From Malacoraja senta (lineage: Eukaryota): a stretch of 64,000 nucleotides of DNA. The notes under the pieces are model-generated. The model saw only the letters and a program-made list of their open reading frames with translations, searched no databases and was not told where the DNA came from. Made by a program: the position numbers and the translations under genes. Location: the NCBI GenBank assembly GCA_038087875.1, contig CM075989.1, positions 15,688,001 through 15,752,000 of the forward strand, given 5' to 3'. Shown here in pieces: positions 62,149 to 64,000 of this stretch (the stretch's first letter is position 1; each line of letters begins with the position of its first letter).

Positions 62149-63170
62149 CAGGGACGTGCGGTCAGGGGAGGCAGGGGAGGCTCTGCCTCCCCTGTCATAC
62201 TCCCAATGAAAATAGCTGTTTAGAAAAGTAAAGAAAAATAATAATAAAATAAAATAAATATAAAGATTTTTCCACTGATCTGTGTTATAAATGTCATTTC
62301 TATATGAATCCAATCATTTTTTATAGTAAAAATTGCCAAATTTGCGCAGCTCTGCTGCAAATACAGGAAGAGATGAGAGGTGGGGCAGCGACGAGCTGAG
62401 CCTCCCCTCTGATTGCACAACCCCTCAGAAACTGCATGGAGCGCGGACAATAAGCGTGCGCCTGTTACTATCTCCCTGTATGTCACCAATGTAATGTTTG
62501 TAGATCCCTTCATTACATGTCCTCACCTTCCATAGTCCAGGTAACTTATTTCACGTATAAATATATTAAATTTAGGCTCGCTGATCTCTTCATAAAACTG
62601 CAATGAAAAAGCAGCAGGGGAGGCAGCGATCACGTCTGCCTCACTGAGGGGGCGTTTCTTGAGCCCAGTGGAAGGAGAGGGAGCGTCAATTATGTAGGCT
62701 CACATAATTGGCGCTGCCTCGCTCTCCCTCCACGTTAGCTAGCTTCAGCAGCGGCGGCGCAGCACTGGATTCCACCACGTGCGGCGCTGAGTGGTTGGTT
62801 GATTCGTTGATTTGTAATGACCGATTCGGAGGCTCTGGGCCGCTGAGAGCTCCCAATTGGGCGCCACGCTGGAGTAATCTACTCTCAGCTCGGGACCCCG
62901 GCATCCACTCCCGCCGCCGGCCCTCTCCCTCCCTTCTCTCCTTCCCTTCCCTCCCTCCCTTCCCTTCTTCCCTCCCTTCTTTCTCTCCTTCCCTCCCTCC
63001 CTTCTCTCCTTCCTCCCTTCTCTCCCTCCCTCCAATCCTTCTCTCCTTTCCTCCCAGACACATCAAGCACAGACAACTAACACACACACAACTAACACAC
63101 ACACACAACTAAGTTAAGATGGGGTAGAAGCCAGTGCCTCCCCAGCCATTGACCTCACCGCATGTCACTG
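62149..63170. mobile_element. Non-autonomous hAT DNA transposon
   Basis: 18-bp imperfect TIR CAG(G/T)GAC(G/A)TGCGGT(C/G)AGG; 8-bp TSD GCCTGAA(A/C) at 62141-62148 and 63171-63178; repeated subterminal GGGGAGGC motifs. Confidence 0.85.
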
Positions 63171-63920
63171 GCCTGAACAGGAATGTACAGAACCTACCTT
63201 TGGTTTTCCTGGCTAACTCTGGATGAGTTTCACTTCCTCTGGTGGATCTACCATCCTTCCTTACGTATAAGCTTCTGTCACACATCTACTTTAAGTCACT
63301 CTGTGATAGTCATGTGGATTTTAAATTTCACCATGAACTTTAGCAGTTGGCTTATCGCTGGGGTGTAAAGAAGCCTTTATGGTTTCTACACTCATTTCCC
63401 AAATTTAAAAATATTAAACAATTGACAGGCAAATTGTGAAATCAACGTAATTCCCGAAACTCTGAAGGTTGAGAGTCACCAACTGTGTGGGTGAAAAACA
63501 ATTTGAGAACTTTATTGATTCATAATCATTACTTGTCATAGACAAGTGGAAGCCCTGGACTGATGGAAGGCAAGGCCACTCAGTCCACTGCATCTGCTAG
63601 CTCCTTGTTAAAGATATATCCAACATCACAGCACATCTCTCCCATCAAGGCGAGGGATATAAAGCCTGAACCTGACTGAGTTCAGTCGTAAAGACAGTAA
63701 GAACCTTTCACCCAGGGTGGACATGTCAAGGACTGGAAAGCATAGCTTTAAGGTGAGATGGAGTAAAGTTTAAAGGATATTTATGAGTCTTGATCTACTA
63801 ACCTCTTGGGCACGTTTTTTTACATAGAGGATGATGGGTGCATGAAACGCTTGGCCAGGGGTGGTGGTGGAGGCCGATACGAAGTGGAATTTATGAGGCT
63901 TGTAGACAAGCACATGGATA

Positions 63921-64000
63921 TAGATACATAGATACATAGAAAATAGGTGCAGGAGTAGGCCATTCGGCCCTTCGAGCCTGCACCGCCATTCAATATGATC
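63921..64000 (-). mobile_element. Young CR1 LINE 3' tail (continues beyond the window), inserted in an older CR1 fragment
   Basis: Nearly identical to 52774-52853. Confidence 0.9.

Noticed and set aside
62686..63112. 134-140 aa ORFs on both strands
   Set aside because: Low-complexity translations of purine/pyrimidine and CA tracts inside the hAT element

Overview
Eukaryotic vertebrate genomic DNA, probably from a cartilaginous fish; this is inferred from shark/ray-type CR1 LINE and HE1-like V-SINE repeats. It covers the GRINL1A complex locus on the + strand: the last three coding exons of MYZAP (898-4811) and a complete four-exon POLR2M/Gdown1 gene (25384-29633, 405 aa predicted). The rest is repeat-rich intronic or intergenic DNA. 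Main mobile elements: a full-length but mutated DIRS1-type tyrosine-recombinase retrotransposon (10971-16149, with gag, RT/RNase H, a Dam-like methyltransferase domain, YR, ITRs and ICR); Penelope-like GIY-YIG elements plus many short derivatives carrying a minimal hammerhead-ribozyme-like core; CR1, Rex/Babar-like and RTE LINE fragments; Harbinger MITEs; a non-autonomous hAT; Helitron pieces; a Tigger-like relic; and a teleost AFC-like tRNA SINE. There is a 200-N assembly gap at 58476-58675. Family names come from motif recognition and memory, not from database searches. Most ORFs in the supplied track are spurious or repeat-derived.
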